Assembly (NCBI RefSeq): GCF_006345805.1
Contig: NC_043006.1
Span: 46,128,001-46,192,000, forward strand
DNA from: Octopus sinensis
Lineage: Eukaryota
DNA: 64,000 nucleotides
Direction of reading: 5' to 3'
Below are positions 13,059-26,814 of the stretch, piece by piece. Every line of letters begins with the position of its first letter. Position 1 is the first letter of the stretch. The translations under genes and the position numbers were made by a program. The notes beneath the pieces were generated by a model. It was given only the letters and a program-made list of their open reading frames with translations. It did not search any database and was not told where the DNA came from.

Positions 13059-13141
13059 TTCTATAAAAGAATATGTGTATGTTATTATGTATATAACAGA
13101 CACAACATACCCAAAACATATGTATATGAGTATATGATGTA

Positions 13142-13175
<34 letters not shown>

Positions 13176-13369
13176 CGTATGTAATATGTATACACGCACA
13201 CAAACACATATGTATATAAATGTAAACATGTATGTGTGTCCTCTTTTCCATTTGTTTGTTTGAGAAAATTAAATATCAACAGTTGCATCTCCTATTTACG
13301 CTGAGAATCCAATTGTACACCTTGCAAGCCTGCGGTCGAGTTAGTCTTCTTACAATTAATTCCACACTT

Positions 13370-13565
13370 CTCCCTCTCCTCCTCTCCCTCCATCTCCTCT
13401 TCCTTCATCTCCATCTCCATCTCCATCTCCTCCTCCCTCGCTTCCTCTTTCAGTTCTTCCTCCTCTTCCTTCTTCCCCCCCTCCTTTCTCTAAGCATTCT
13501 TCAACACGCTTTTCTTCCGTATCTTTATGATTCAACACTTCTACTATCGCTATGATAAACAGCAT

Positions 13566-13605
<40 letters not shown>

Positions 13606-13990
13606 AGCAGCACCACCACCACCACGACCACTACCACCACCAGCACCATCATTCCAACTGCTATCATCACCAACACCACCACCATCACGACGACGACAAC
13701 GACGTCCACCACCACCACCACCACCACCACCACCACCATCACAACAACAAAACAACAACAACAACAACACCATTAACAACAACAACGACAACAATAACAG
13801 CAGCAGCAACAGCAAAAACAACGGTACATCACCGCAACCAATTCAACGAGACCGTTCCTCCCGAGACCGTTCCTCCTTATCCTCCTCCTCCTCCTATAAT
13901 AATAATATTAACGTTAATGTTGTCACCAGCCTCATCCCCTCCGCCACCCCGCACCCATCATCACTACCACCTCCATCATAGTCACTTCTA
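13370..13990. repeat. Triplet mosaic (CCT/CAC/CAT/CAG/AAC)
   Basis: Direct reading. Confidence 0.9.
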
Positions 13991-14282
13991 CGGACTCCAT
14001 CCTCATCTACAGTATCACTGATAAGTTAGACACGAAGGAGCTACGTGGTCATTGGATCCGCAAAGAATCGTATTTAAATCTTCAACCAATACTTCCTCAA
14101 ATATAGAATCTCTTTTTGGTTTCTTGACTTGCAAGAAATCGTAGCTAAACCCTCCTCAACTAACACTCTGGTGGATTGAAAATATTTAAATATATAGGTG
14201 CTTTTCACAAGAGTTTATCAGGCTTTGTCTTTGTAGTGGTCACTACTAGAATCTGCAGGCGGACAGAATTAGAGTGGACATA

Positions 14283-14700
14283 AGGCAACGAGCTGGCAGA
14301 AACGTTAGTACGCCGGGCGAAATGCTTAGCGGTATTTTGTCTGCCGTTACGTTCTGAGTTCAAATTCCACAGAGGTCGACTTTGCCTTTCATACTTTCGG
14401 GGTCGATAAATTAAGTATCAGTTACACACTGGGGGCGATGTAATCGACTTAATCCTTTTTTCTGTCCTTGTTTGTCCTCTCTGTATTTAGCCCCTTGTGG
14501 GTAGTAAAGAAATAGGTATTTCGTTTGCCGTTACGTTCTAAGTTCAAATTAAACCGCGGTCGACTTTGTCTTTCATACTTTCTGGGCCGATTAAATAAGT
14601 ATCAGTTATGCACTGGGGTCGATATAATCGACTTAATCCGTTTTTCTGTCCTTGTTTGTCCCCTCTGTGTTTAGCCCCTTGTGGGTAGTAAAGAAATAAG
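14283..14700 (+). mobile_element. Family A SINE, 1.5-mer
   Basis: The body is repeated after the junction AAAGAAATAGGTATTTCG at ~14506-14523. Confidence 0.9.
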
Positions 14701-14985
14701 AATTAGACCGGACATGGGCGAGCGTAAACTATAACCAGAGTTATTACTACAATTCAAATTCTGGAAGAAGGACCTCAGTAAGTGACAAGTAATGAGATGG
14801 GTTTGAAGATCCCAATTCGTATTGGAGGAAAATTTCGCTACGATTTCCTACGGGTGGAAGGACCACGTAGGCGCTTCATATCTAGCTCATTGCTGATGAT
14901 GTTATTGACGATGGAGTCAGTGATGGTGACTGTGGTGTTCGCGGTGATGATGTCAGGAAATTGCTTACTACTACTACTACTACTG

Positions 14986-15050
<65 letters not shown>

Positions 15051-15076
15051 GCAGCTGCAGTCGCCGTATATATATA

Positions 15077-15459
15077 CTCTTTTACGCTTCTACTTGTTTC
15101 AGTCATTTGACTGCGGCCATGCCGGAGCTCCGCCTTTAGTCAAGCAAATCGACCCCGAACTTCTAAGTTACAGGGACGTAAGTACACCAACACCAGTTAT
15201 CAAGCGATAGTGGGGTACAAACACAAACACTCACACACATCTCTCTCTCTCTCTCTCTCTTTCTTTCTCTCTCTTTCTCTCTCTCTCTATCCAAAGGACG
15301 GGCTTCTTTCAGTTTCCGTCTACTAAATCTTCTCACAAGGTTTTGATCGGCCTAAGGCTATAGCAGGAGGCAATTACCCAAGGTGCGACGCAGTAGGACT
15401 GAACCCGGAACTATATTGTCGGGAAGCAAGATTCTTACCACACAGCCACTCCTGCGTCA
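15077..15459 (-). mobile_element. Family B SINE (diverged; internal (CT)n)
   Basis: Similarity to family B on the minus strand. Confidence 0.8.
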
Positions 15460-15629
15460 ATATGAACATATGATTTGAGGGAGATTTAGCTACTTCTTTT
15501 TGCAGGCCCATCGACCACATAGTGAGTTCCTCGTTGCTAATGTTAATGTTACTATTGCAGTTGTTGGTCGTGGTGATGTTTATAATAGACTGGCATCGCT
15601 GATGTCTTAAAGTGGTTTTATTCGTGGTG

Positions 15630-15656
15630 GGTGGTGGTGGTGATAATAGTAGCAAT

Positions 15657-15732
<76 letters not shown>

Positions 15733-16038
15733 ATATTAGTAGTAGTAGTGGTGGTGGCGACGGCGGTGGCTAGTGACAGTCTTCCTGGTTCTTGTATTAG
15801 AGTCGGTGGAAGTCGATCTCACTTTTGTGGATGGTGGTGTTGATGTTACTGATGATGATGACGATGACGATGATGATGATGATGATGATGATGATTGATG
15901 ACGATAATGATGATGGCGATGATGATAGTGACAATGATGATGGCGATGATGATAGTGATGACGATGATGGCGATGATGATGATGACGATGATGATGAAGG
16001 CGATGATGATGATGGTGATGGCGATGATGATAGTGATG

Positions 16039-16070
<32 letters not shown>

Positions 16071-16564
16071 AGTAGTGATGATGTTGATAATGGTGATGGT
16101 GTTGGTGATAAGGATGCTGATACTGATGGTGATGATGATGATGGCGATGGTGTTGGTGATGATGGTAGTGGTAGTAATAGGGATGATAATAATAGTGATG
16201 ATGGTGGTGGTAGGTGAGAGAAGTGGTGGTAGTGAATGATGGTGATGGTTAATGTCGATAGTGACTTCACTTGCAGAACTAGTAAGAAGGAAGAGGAAGA
16301 GAAAGAGGTGGTGGTGATGGTGGTGGCAGTGGTAATGGTGATGGGCGGGGAAGTGGTGATGGTGAAGGCGATGATGGTTATGCTTGTGACATAGCGGGGA
16401 GGGTGTTGGAGGCGGTTATATATCTTTAGTGGAAGATAGCAGCCCCAATTTGCAGATGATGATGATGATGGTGGTGCTGGTGCTGGTGGTGATCATGGCG
16501 ATGATAACGATAATGGCGATGATGATGGTGATGATGAGGATGATGATGGTGATGATGATGGTGG

Positions 16565-16613
<49 letters not shown>

Positions 16614-17602
16614 GATAGTGATGATGATAATGATGATGGTGATGATGATGATGATGATGAGGATGATGATGGTGATGATGATGAGGATGATGATGAGGAT
16701 GATGATGTTAATGGTAATGATCGCGATGATGATGATGACGATGATGTTGATGATGATGATCGCGAGGATGATGATGATGATGATGTTGCAGTGGCAATGA
16801 TGGGTTTATTTGGTGGTGATGGCTGTCGTCGGCGTCGTCGTCGTAGTGGTTTTAGTAGTTTTGGTGGTTGTGTGGTGGTGGTGGTTGTTGTTGTTTTGGC
16901 AGCAGCGCGGCGGCGGCGGCGGTGGTAGCGGCTTCGACTGAGTAAATTAAATAATGTGTAATACAAGACAGATGGTAAACACAGTTAATAGTTTCTGGTG
17001 TCAAGTAGTGTTGGAATGTTTGTGGTAACAATCAAGACAAGAAGACTGCAGGGGCAACTGGAGGAAAATATGGATTTCATCGGTTGACATTCGGCTTGTC
17101 AGGCTTGTTGGGTGGATGGTGGGGGTTTGGTTGCCGGGTTTGGGTGGTTCAGTGGTTGAGTGAGTGGCTGGGAGTTTGTCTATCTAAAATGGCCGACTAG
17201 CTGGCTGGCTGGCTGGCTGGCTGGTTGGCTGGTTGGCTGCAGGCAGATTAAACAACATGTTGACTGGCTTGGCTTAGCTGGTCAGCTTGGTGGATGGACA
17301 GGCTGGCCGGTCTGGCTGGCTGGCTTGCTGGCTAGCTTGTTGGCTGGTGGTTTGGTTGGGTGGCTGACAGATAAGGGAGAACAGTTCTTCTTATCTACTG
17401 ATTTCATGAGCAGTATGATCCTCACCCTCACCACCACAACCATCATCATCATCATCTTCTCTTCTTCTTCTTCTTCTTCTCCTTCTCCTTCTCCTCCTCC
17501 TCCTCCTCCTCCTCCTCTTTCTTCTTCTTCTTCTTCTCCTCCTCCCCATCTTCCTTCCTTCTCCTTCTGCTGCTGCTCCTCCTCTTCTCTTTCTACTACT
17601 AT

Positions 17603-17672
<70 letters not shown>

Positions 17673-17830
17673 ACTACTACCACTGCTGCCGCCGCCGCCG
17701 CCACGCCACTACCACCACCACCACCACCACCACCACCTCCACAATCACAAACAACTAAAACTAACACCACCACCACTTCCATCACTACTACTACTACTAC
17801 TTCTCCTACTACTGCTGCTGCTGCTGTCAT

Positions 17831-17870
<40 letters not shown>
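15630..17870. repeat. Long triplet mosaics (GTA, GAT, GGT, CTA, CTT, CCT) and (GGCT)n
   Basis: Direct reading. Confidence 0.9.
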
Positions 17871-17871
<1 letters not shown>

Positions 17872-18985
17872 TCTATTTTTCTTCAGAAATTCTCCATCCC
17901 CAACTCTTCAGTTCCTGATTCCTTTTCAATCTCCGTGTCCCCGCCCACACCGAACTCACCATTTTGAGTTGTTGGAGGGATATATAAAGAATTTGAATTC
18001 ATGTTTCCCTTGTCGATATTTCAAGATCTCTCAGCAAAAGATTCAAACGTGGGATGCCCTAATGACCTATACTTATTCTTGACTAACGATACGAAATGAA
18101 GTTGTGAAATTTCAAACAACTTCGTCATATATCAATTAACTCAAGTATGTTCTGCTGTAACCTCAGCTTGACCAATATTGTATATACGAACTTAAGTGGA
18201 ATTAGATGAATCGGATTAATCTAAAAGCCTGTCCTATCTCTTATGGTAAGTGTCGTCGCCGAAGTCCTTCCCGACTTCTTTTCATCATTCAACGAAATAC
18301 CAAGATTTCGAATAGGTGTTATTTTTAGTTTAGCACTGATACGTCTTTAAATTAAATTTATATATATTATATATATATATATATCTATATCTATAATATA
18401 TTAATATATTATATATATATATATATATATTATATTATATATATATATATATAATATTTTACAATTATTTAAATAATTGTAACAAGGGGTCGGCTTTATG
18501 CCTCACCACGCACCGTAAGAAATGAACGTTAAAGTCCTTTTTGCTACCTGCACTGGCTACCTGGTAAAATTGTTATTGAATATACTCTTTATTATTAAAA
18601 TTAATTTTTGTATATATATATAAAATTTAAAAATAGGATAAAACCTTTATAAGAATTTATCAAGTAGTTAGCGTGAAAAACGAAATAACTGGTGATCTGC
18701 AGCTAATTCTGTTTTTAAATGACTTGCTTCGAGACTTGCTTTCGGTACGATATGTTTATTTTAGTAGTTTTGACTTAAGAGTCCTCCTAGGTGTGGCATT
18801 TATGTGTAATAATGCCTCTACCTCTATATATATATATATATATATATCTATATATATATAATATATATATATATATAATACACACACACACACTATATAT
18901 ATGAATATATATGTATATATATTATATATATATATATAATATATAGGTATATATATATGTTATATATATATATATATATATATAT

Positions 18986-19327
18986 AAAGGGGGTAAAGAC
19001 CCCCTTCGGTCATGAATGACCATGGGATTGCACCTAGAAAGTTACCCTCCTAGACCAAGTCCGGGCAAGTTGTTTTATGGAAGGCCAGCAGTCGCCCATG
19101 CAAACCAGCCTCCCCTCTCCACGCCACCAGTGTTATCCAAGGGAAGACAAAGGTCGATACAGCTTGGCACCAGTGACGTCGCAACTCGTTTCTACAGCTG
19201 GAGGAACTGGTGCAACGTGAAATAAAGTGCCTTGCTCAAGAACACAAACACGCAGCCCGGTCCGGGATTCGAGCTCACAACCTCACGATCGTAAGCTCGA
19301 CGCTCTAACCACTGAGCCATGCGCCTT
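18986..19327 (-). mobile_element. Family E SINE, full length
   Basis: Minus-strand head GGCGCATGGCTCAGTGGTTAGAGCG..CTCGAATCCC, central GTGTTCTTGAGCAAGGCACTTT, tail GGTGCAATCCCATGGTCATTCATGACCGAAGGGGG. Confidence 0.9.
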
Positions 19328-19414
19328 ATATATATAATATATATATATATATTATATATATATATATATATAATATATATTATATATATATATATATATA
19401 TATTATATCTATAT

Positions 19415-19463
<49 letters not shown>

Positions 19464-19470
19464 TAGTGTG

Positions 19471-19756
19471 AAGAGTAAAGAGTAAAGTCCAGGTGAGATT
19501 GTTTATGGTAGACCAGCAGTCACCCATGCGTATCATCTTGCCTCTCTCCACGTCACTGATGTTGTCCAAGGGAAAGGTAAAGTCCGATGCAGCTTAGCAC
19601 CAGTGATGTCACAACTTATTTCTACGGCTGAGTGAACTGGAGCAACGTGAAATAAAGTGTCTCGCCCAAGAACTCAACACACAGCCCAGTCCGGAATCGA
19701 ACTCTCTAACTCACAATTGTGAACCCGATTCTCTAACCACTGAGTCATGCGCCTTC
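19471..19756 (-). mobile_element. Family E SINE
   Basis: Similar to 18986-19327. Confidence 0.85.
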
Positions 19757-19931
19757 ACACATATATATAGTATATTGTTCGCTTGTTGACAGGATCAGCA
19801 AAAACTTCTCAAGGCAGCGAATAATAAAATATTTAATGAAAGCAGTAATGGTAAGCTGGCTACTTCCACGTTTTATACTCAGATTATGCAGCAATCGGAC
19901 GGCCTTATTATTATCATCATCATCATCATCA

Positions 19932-19979
<48 letters not shown>

Positions 19980-20006
19980 GTTGTTGTTGTTGTTGTCATT
20001 ATTATC

Positions 20007-20520
20007 GAGTGAGAGAGCAGTGCATGCCATCAAAGTGAGACTAGAGTACAAATATACGAAGCCCAGTATACCCATCATGACTACCCGTCTGATAAGGGTA
20101 CACCAGGCACATACATCACAACCATATGTACGCGACATGTCAAGATAAACAGCGCATGACCTTGCAAGTTAGAATTTTCTTCGGGTCGAATAGCCCATCC
20201 TGCTCAAAAGGTCCCTGAATAAGGGTTGTTTAAGGATGTTAAACGAAACACTCATGTTTCCAGAGGCGAATTATTTAAATCCCAAAGAATTCCTCTCAAT
20301 ACAAAACTATGATGTTCCCCACTACTTCTCCTTGTGATCAGAGATGCACCTATAATCATCCAATAAGGGACATGCTCAACTGATTAAGGTCAAACAACTG
20401 ACAAGCAAATCTGTGGTATTGAGCAGAATATTTGCTGCAGCCCATCTCTTACACCAAGACAAAACACATACATGATAACACTTCCAATCAGTTAAGATCA
20501 GAAGCCATGAGTGCTAGTGC
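20007..20520. mobile_element. Family D interspersed element embedded in ATT/ATC triplet repeats
   Basis: Aligns by eye with 35575-36057 and, in its right part, 28540-28710. Confidence 0.8.
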
Positions 20521-21018
20521 CGCCCATTGTTGAAATGTTCAGATCATCGTATTCACACATAAAATAAAAAACGATGACATATTGTTACCATGGTATTCTT
20601 TCATATAAGATATCCTAATAACATGTCCAATTACATTTCAATGACTGTAAAACACTTATTATAAAAACAGAATTATCGCGTGAAAAATTTTCTGAGCCCT
20701 AAGCTACTTACACTGGCCGTATATTCCCACTGAACTAGTTATCCACACATTTTAAAATTTATCTTCTCCTCAACGTTTGCATACCGTATCAGATATCTAT
20801 ATCAATGGTATTATCACTAATATTAAAATATTTTAATCATAATATATCTTAAATTTTAAATACCATTATATTCATATACCATTTCTTATCTTTTCATAAT
20901 TCATGAAAAACATTTCTTATCTGTTATTCTTATCTATTAGTTCTCTTAATTAATATATTTATATATATATAATTTTTATTCACTATTTTATCAATACATT
21001 GAAATAATGTTTCATCTT

Positions 21019-21118
21019 NNNNNNNNNNNNNNNNNNNNNNNNNNNNNNNNNNNNNNNNNNNNNNNNNNNNNNNNNNNNNNNNNNNNNNNNNNNNNNNNNN
21101 NNNNNNNNNNNNNNNNNN
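21019..21118. other. Assembly gap (100 N)
   Basis: Run of N. Confidence 1.
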
Positions 21119-21179
21119 TATATATATACATATACATACATACATACATACATACACCCACTCACTCACACACACCCAC

Positions 21180-21232
<53 letters not shown>

Positions 21233-21296
21233 ATATATATATACATATACATACATACATATATATACACACATATGTATATATGTATATATATAT

Positions 21297-21345
<49 letters not shown>

Positions 21346-21507
21346 TATATATATCGTTTTTGGGGAGTCAAAACTACTGAAAAGTTTGCAAGACGCATCG
21401 AAAGTTTTAGAAAAATAAAAGAAATAAGTGAAAATTTTACCGATGTGTGTTTTAAATTATAAGGCACTTAAAGAGAATGACTCTCTCCGCAGACACAATA
21501 GTATATA

Positions 21508-21890
21508 TCTCTCTCTATATAAACGGCAGTTTGTCTGTGCGTGTTTCTGTGTGTCTGTTTTCTTGTACCCTCACCCTGACCACGGCTTTCAACCGATTCT
21601 GATGAAACTTGACACACACATAGCCCAATGTCATAATTCAAAACTAACGCAGCGAAAATTTTGAAAAGTTCCCCCAGTTCTGAAAAAAATCGATAAATTT
21701 GACATGGGGTCGAGAATCAGAAACACAAACCGCAAACTGTCTAGGGGACGCAACTCCACCTTTTTTAACTAAAAAAAAAATTTACCATCATTTTTTCCAT
21801 CTTTTTGCTATTTTTTGGGCTATAACTCTCTAAAAATGCTTTATAGTTATTTCCCTTACAAACCTGAGCAACGCCGGGCGATACTGCTAG
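21508..21890 (+). mobile_element. Non-autonomous Helitron
   Basis: A|TC 5' end followed by CTATATAAA, imperfect subterminal hairpin CCTGAGCAACGCCGGG (21863-21878), CTAG|T 3' end, no TSD. Confidence 0.8.
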
Positions 21891-22169
21891 TAGTATATAT
21901 ATATATATATATATGAATCAAAACAGTTTGATTCAAATGCGTTGGTACACTTTAGTTTGGCGGTAACAATGGTGGCGTTGGCATCGCTGGCGGCGGCATT
22001 GGTTGTGAAGTTAGTGGTGGGCCGGCGGTGTTGGCGTCGATTGCGGCGCTGTGTGGTACAAGTGACCGTCGCAGTGGTGGTGGCGGCGGCAGTAACAACA
22101 CAACATAACGACAACAACAACAAGGACTACAACAAAGATGGTTGTAGCTATAACAAAAAGGAAAATTTT

Positions 22170-22343
22170 CTTTTCTACTCTAGGCACAAGGCCCGAAAGT
22201 GCGTAAGTGGTACTTAATTTATCGACCACGAAAGAATGAAAGGCAAAGTCGACCTTGGCGGAATTTGAACTCAGAACGTAACGGCAGACGAAATACCGCT
22301 ACAATTTCGCCTGGCGTGCTAACGATTCTGCCTACTCGCCGCC
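22170..22343 (-). mobile_element. Family A SINE, short-tail type
   Basis: Reverse complement of the family A body. Confidence 0.85.
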
Positions 22344-22554
22344 ATCAAAAAAGAAACATCAATAAGAGAAACAACGATGACACGAACGGTTGGAAATAGC
22401 AGCCAAATGTCACTTAATCTTACATTATTTCTTTGAAAAGAGCGTCCTAGGCAATGTACTCCTAGGTACACCATGTCTTAATATTCTACAGGATGGTTCG
22501 GAGCGAAACACATTTGATCAGAGGCGTGTCCTGTCTGCGGTGAGTTGGGTGTAA

Positions 22555-24162
22555 ACACTACCACCACTACCATCACTAACACCACTATCCCCCACCCCAC
22601 CACCACCGACACCACCACCAGTACCACCACCACCACCATAACCAGCACCACCAGCACCAGCACCACCAGCACTAGCACCACCAGCACCACCAGCACCACC
22701 AGCACCACCACCACCGCCACCATTGCCACCAACAACGTCACAAACATCACTATCACCATCACCACCAACATTTCCACCACTAACACCTCCAACACCATGA
22801 ACATGACCACCATGACCGCCATGACCACCACCACCACCACCACCACTGCCAAAATCATCATCACCACCACCACTACAACCACCACCTACACCACCACCAC
22901 CACACCACCCCACCACCACCACCACCACCACCATAACCAGCACCACCAGCACCAGCACCACCAGCACTAGCACCACCAGCACCACCACCACCGCCACCAT
23001 TGCCACCAACAACGTCACAAACATCACTATCACCATCACCAACCAACATTTCCACCACCACTAACACCTCCAACACCATGAACATGACCACCATGACCGC
23101 CATGACCACCACCACCACCACCACCACTGCCAAAATCATCATCACCACCACCACTACAACCACCACCTACACCACCACCACCACCACCACCACCACCACC
23201 ACGAGTACCATTATCCAGTACCAACATCACTTCTACCACCATCAACATGACCAACAACACGACGACGACTACCACCACCACCATCACCACTACCATCACC
23301 ACCACTACCACCATCACCACAACCACCACCACTACCACCACAACGACCAGCACGACGACCACCACCATTAACAGCATTAGCACCGCGACAATGACGACCA
23401 CCACCACGACCAGGACGACGACAACGACGACAACTACCACCTCTAACGCCTCCACTCCACGACTACCTCTACCACCATCAACATGACCCCCTACAGCTAC
23501 CACTACCACAGTCACCACCACCATCACCACATTTACCAACATCACCAGCACCACCACAACACCCAGCAGCAGCACCACCACCACCACCACCACCACCACC
23601 ACCATCTCTACCATCCCCACCCCACGAACACCTCTACCACTATCGATATGACCACCACCACCACCACCACCACCATTATTACCAGCACCACCAGCAACAC
23701 CACAACACCACCACTACCACAACCACCATCATTAGCAGCACGGCCATCACCATCACAAACAACAATAGTGTTAACATTTCCCGCTGCTATCGTTCATAAT
23801 ATCGACATTTTCTTACAACGTCATCGTCAGCTTTGTCAATGACGTCATCAACAAATTCTCTAACTTCTCCATTATTGTCACCGCCATCACAAAAACCACC
23901 ACCACAATCACAAGGGCGACAAATACCATCATTACTATCACTATGATCTTTTTCCTGCTCCTCCTCCTCATTATTGTCGTCAACGTCATCACTGTCATCT
24001 TCGTTGTGGCCGACATCATCGTTGTTGTCGTCGTCGTCATCATCATCATCATCATCGTCGTCATCATCGTCGTCGTCATCATCGTCATCATCATTATCAT
24101 CGTCGTCGTCGTCATCATCATCATCATTATCATCATCATCATCATCATCATCATCGTCGTCG

Positions 24163-24194
<32 letters not shown>

Positions 24195-24490
24195 GTCGTC
24201 GTCATCATCGTCATCATCATTATCATCATCATCAACATCATCTTCATCATTATCATCATCGTCATCATCATCATCGTCGTCGTCACCATCGTCGTCGTCG
24301 TCATCATCATCGTCGTCATGATCATGATCATGATCATGATCATCATCATCTTGTACGCAGTTGCGGTAGCCATGTATCTCATTGTAATGAATAGCAACCT
24401 GATCCTCGTCAGTGCAACAATAAAAATATAGACAAAAGCAACAATAACAACAACAACAACAACAACGACGACGTCAAAGTAAACAAACAA
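22555..24490. repeat. ACC/ATC/GTC triplet mosaic with a ~290-bp tandem duplication (~22630-23175)
   Basis: CCATTGCCACCAACAACGTCACAAACATC occurs twice, ~280 bp apart. Confidence 0.9.
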
Positions 24491-25024
24491 ACAATAACAA
24501 CAACAGTATTAGCTTAACAAAAAAAGCAAGAAACAAAAAACGTGGTAATAAATATAATGAAAATATTCTCTATATAATCCGCAATTTGAATTATCTGATC
24601 TCCTTAACCTCATCATCAGTCCACTTATCAAGAACGTATTAGTCTTTAGTACGCTATCAATCACGGGAAGTTCAAAGAGAAATATCGATTTGGCAGAAGT
24701 TTGAATCCCTGGCAGATGAGCTGTCGAGAAGAGAAACCTCTAGGTACATAATCTATTATCTTAAACCAATAACTTATACAGCATCTGAGTGAAATCTCGT
24801 GTCGTAGTAGAAATTGGATTCCATGTAAGGTTTATTTTACACATTTCCCGTCATAGAAACGAAATGAGAAGACGACTTCAGTTTTGGACGAGCGTTTCAG
24901 CGAATTTAAATCCACGTTTGTACATATGGGTTTCAAATTTTGGCTCAACATAAGTATCTGAAGGAAACTTGGTTACTATTTCTAGCAGGAAGACCAACTG
25001 TGTAGAGAATTCGCTCCTTTATAA

Positions 25025-25426
25025 TCTTTTCTATAATAGGAACAAGGACAGAAATTTTGTGGGGAAGGGATTAAGTCGATTACATCGACCCCAGTGCATA
25101 ACTGGTACTAATTTTATCGAGCCCCGAAAGAATAAAAGACAAAGTCGACCTCGGCGGAATTTGAACTGAGAACGTAACGGCGGACGAAATACCTATTTCT
25201 TTACTACCCACAAGGGACTAAACACAGAGAGGACAAACATAGACAGACAAACGGATCAAGTCGATTACATCGACCCCAGTGCGCAACTGGTACTTAATAT
25301 ATCGACCCCGAAATGATGAAAGGCAAAGTGGACCTCGACGGAATTTGAACTCAGAACGTAGCGGCAGACGAAATACGGCTACGCATTTCGCCCGGCGTGC
25401 TAACGTTTCGGCCAGCTCGCCGCCTT
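25025..25426 (-). mobile_element. Family A SINE, 1.5-mer
   Basis: Two bodies joined at CGAAATACCTATTTCT (~25185-25200). Confidence 0.9.
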
Positions 25427-25789
25427 TTCGCTCCTTTACAATAACACTCAAGTTTGTAAAACATCACCGAAACAAGCTTTGTAGTCAGGTCTAGTCGTTG
25501 CAGTATGGATTAAGAGAGTGTTGTCTTCTGCCCGGTTCATATCACTCTCAGGATTGGTTAGTGGATGATATATCAAAGAAAATACGAGTGGAATGCGAAG
25601 AAAGCTTCATGATAGTTTAAATCGACCGGGATCCGTTAGCAGAATTGGTAAAAAGGAATAAAATACTGTTCAATAAAGATAGGGGAATTGCTTAGGTTCC
25701 TGACACATTCATCTCAAAGACAAAACCATTGCTGTGATTCCCAATCTTCTCACGGTCAAAGACATCCTTTGTTTAATTGTTTGTATAAA

Positions 25790-26110
25790 GTTTTCCACAG
25801 GACCCAGGCATTCGTAATGATTCTCTACGCAATACTAACGAGTTTATTAACTAACTATAAAATCGTTTCTCAGTAAAAACATCGATTGTTTAATTAAATA
25901 AATTTTTTCCACGGAACCCAGGAATTCCTAACGATTGTCTAATAGTTAAAACATCGTTTGTTTAACTATTTAAATAAATTATTTTTGTTTAAATAATTTT
26001 TTTTTATTTAATTGTTTAAATGAATTTTTCCACAGGACCGGGAATTCGTAACGATTCTCTGCTCAACACAAACGATTTTATTAACTTACTATAAAATCGT
26101 TTCTCAGTTT
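25790..26110. repeat. Degenerate minisatellite, three ~115-120-bp units
   Basis: TTTTCCACAGGACCCAGGAATTCGTAACGATTCTCT-like motif at 25791, 25905 and 26026. Confidence 0.75.
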
Positions 26111-26814
26111 CATCTCTCTCAATTGAAAAATACATGCAAATGAAGATACAACCGAACCGTATCAAAAGATTGTTGAATGAAAGAGTCGACACTGATTCGT
26201 TGGTCGAATGTTCCATATTTCAAAGTCAATGGAAAATAGCTTTAAGTGTGGATCGTGTTTCAAAAATTATTTAAAGAGTAGACTATTGATGCAGATTCTG
26301 AAAATACTTGGAAATTTCGGAAGTTCATCTTTGTCAATTTTATGGAAACTAATTATACATTTTAAGCAGGGGTTCTTGAAATTTCGAACACATCTCACAG
26401 ATCTTCGGTTGTACCATTTCAGGCTACAGATGGATTTTCCATCGTGTATCAAGTTGAACATTAAAATTGAAAGAAGTACCATCGGAGGAAAGCCGACCTA
26501 ATTACTCATATGAACTGGAGTTTAGTTTCATTATTAGAATCCTAAATGTTATTTCACAGCTTTGAATGGAATTTATGAGCGGCGACAAAAACCATACAAA
26601 TGAAATTTGACAGACGTTCAGCTTTCCATCTTCTTAATTATTTGTTAGGAATGGAAGATCGGTAGCTATTATCTTTTCAGGTCCCCAAAGGTGGTTGAAG
26701 GAGAGATTTTGTTACCAGAATGGAGACCTGGTCACTTCCGAAATCTTCAGCCAATGGTCTTAGGCTATGCTGGGGTACTGCATTGAAATGTTTTTTTTGT
26801 CGAACTCACAGTGC

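Noticed and set aside
15825-16800. Asp-rich and Met-rich ORFs (biomineralisation- or reflectin-like)
   Set aside because: Pure GAT mosaic with no reflectin repeat motif, signal peptide or unique sequence
21599-21610. CTGATGAAAC, resembling a hammerhead core
   Set aside because: No room for stem II; it is part of the Helitron internal sequence
22518-23620. Thr/His/Gly-rich ORFs resembling mucin or glycine-rich proteins
   Set aside because: Open in several frames on both strands because ACC-type repeats lack stops; the duplicated copy is frameshifted
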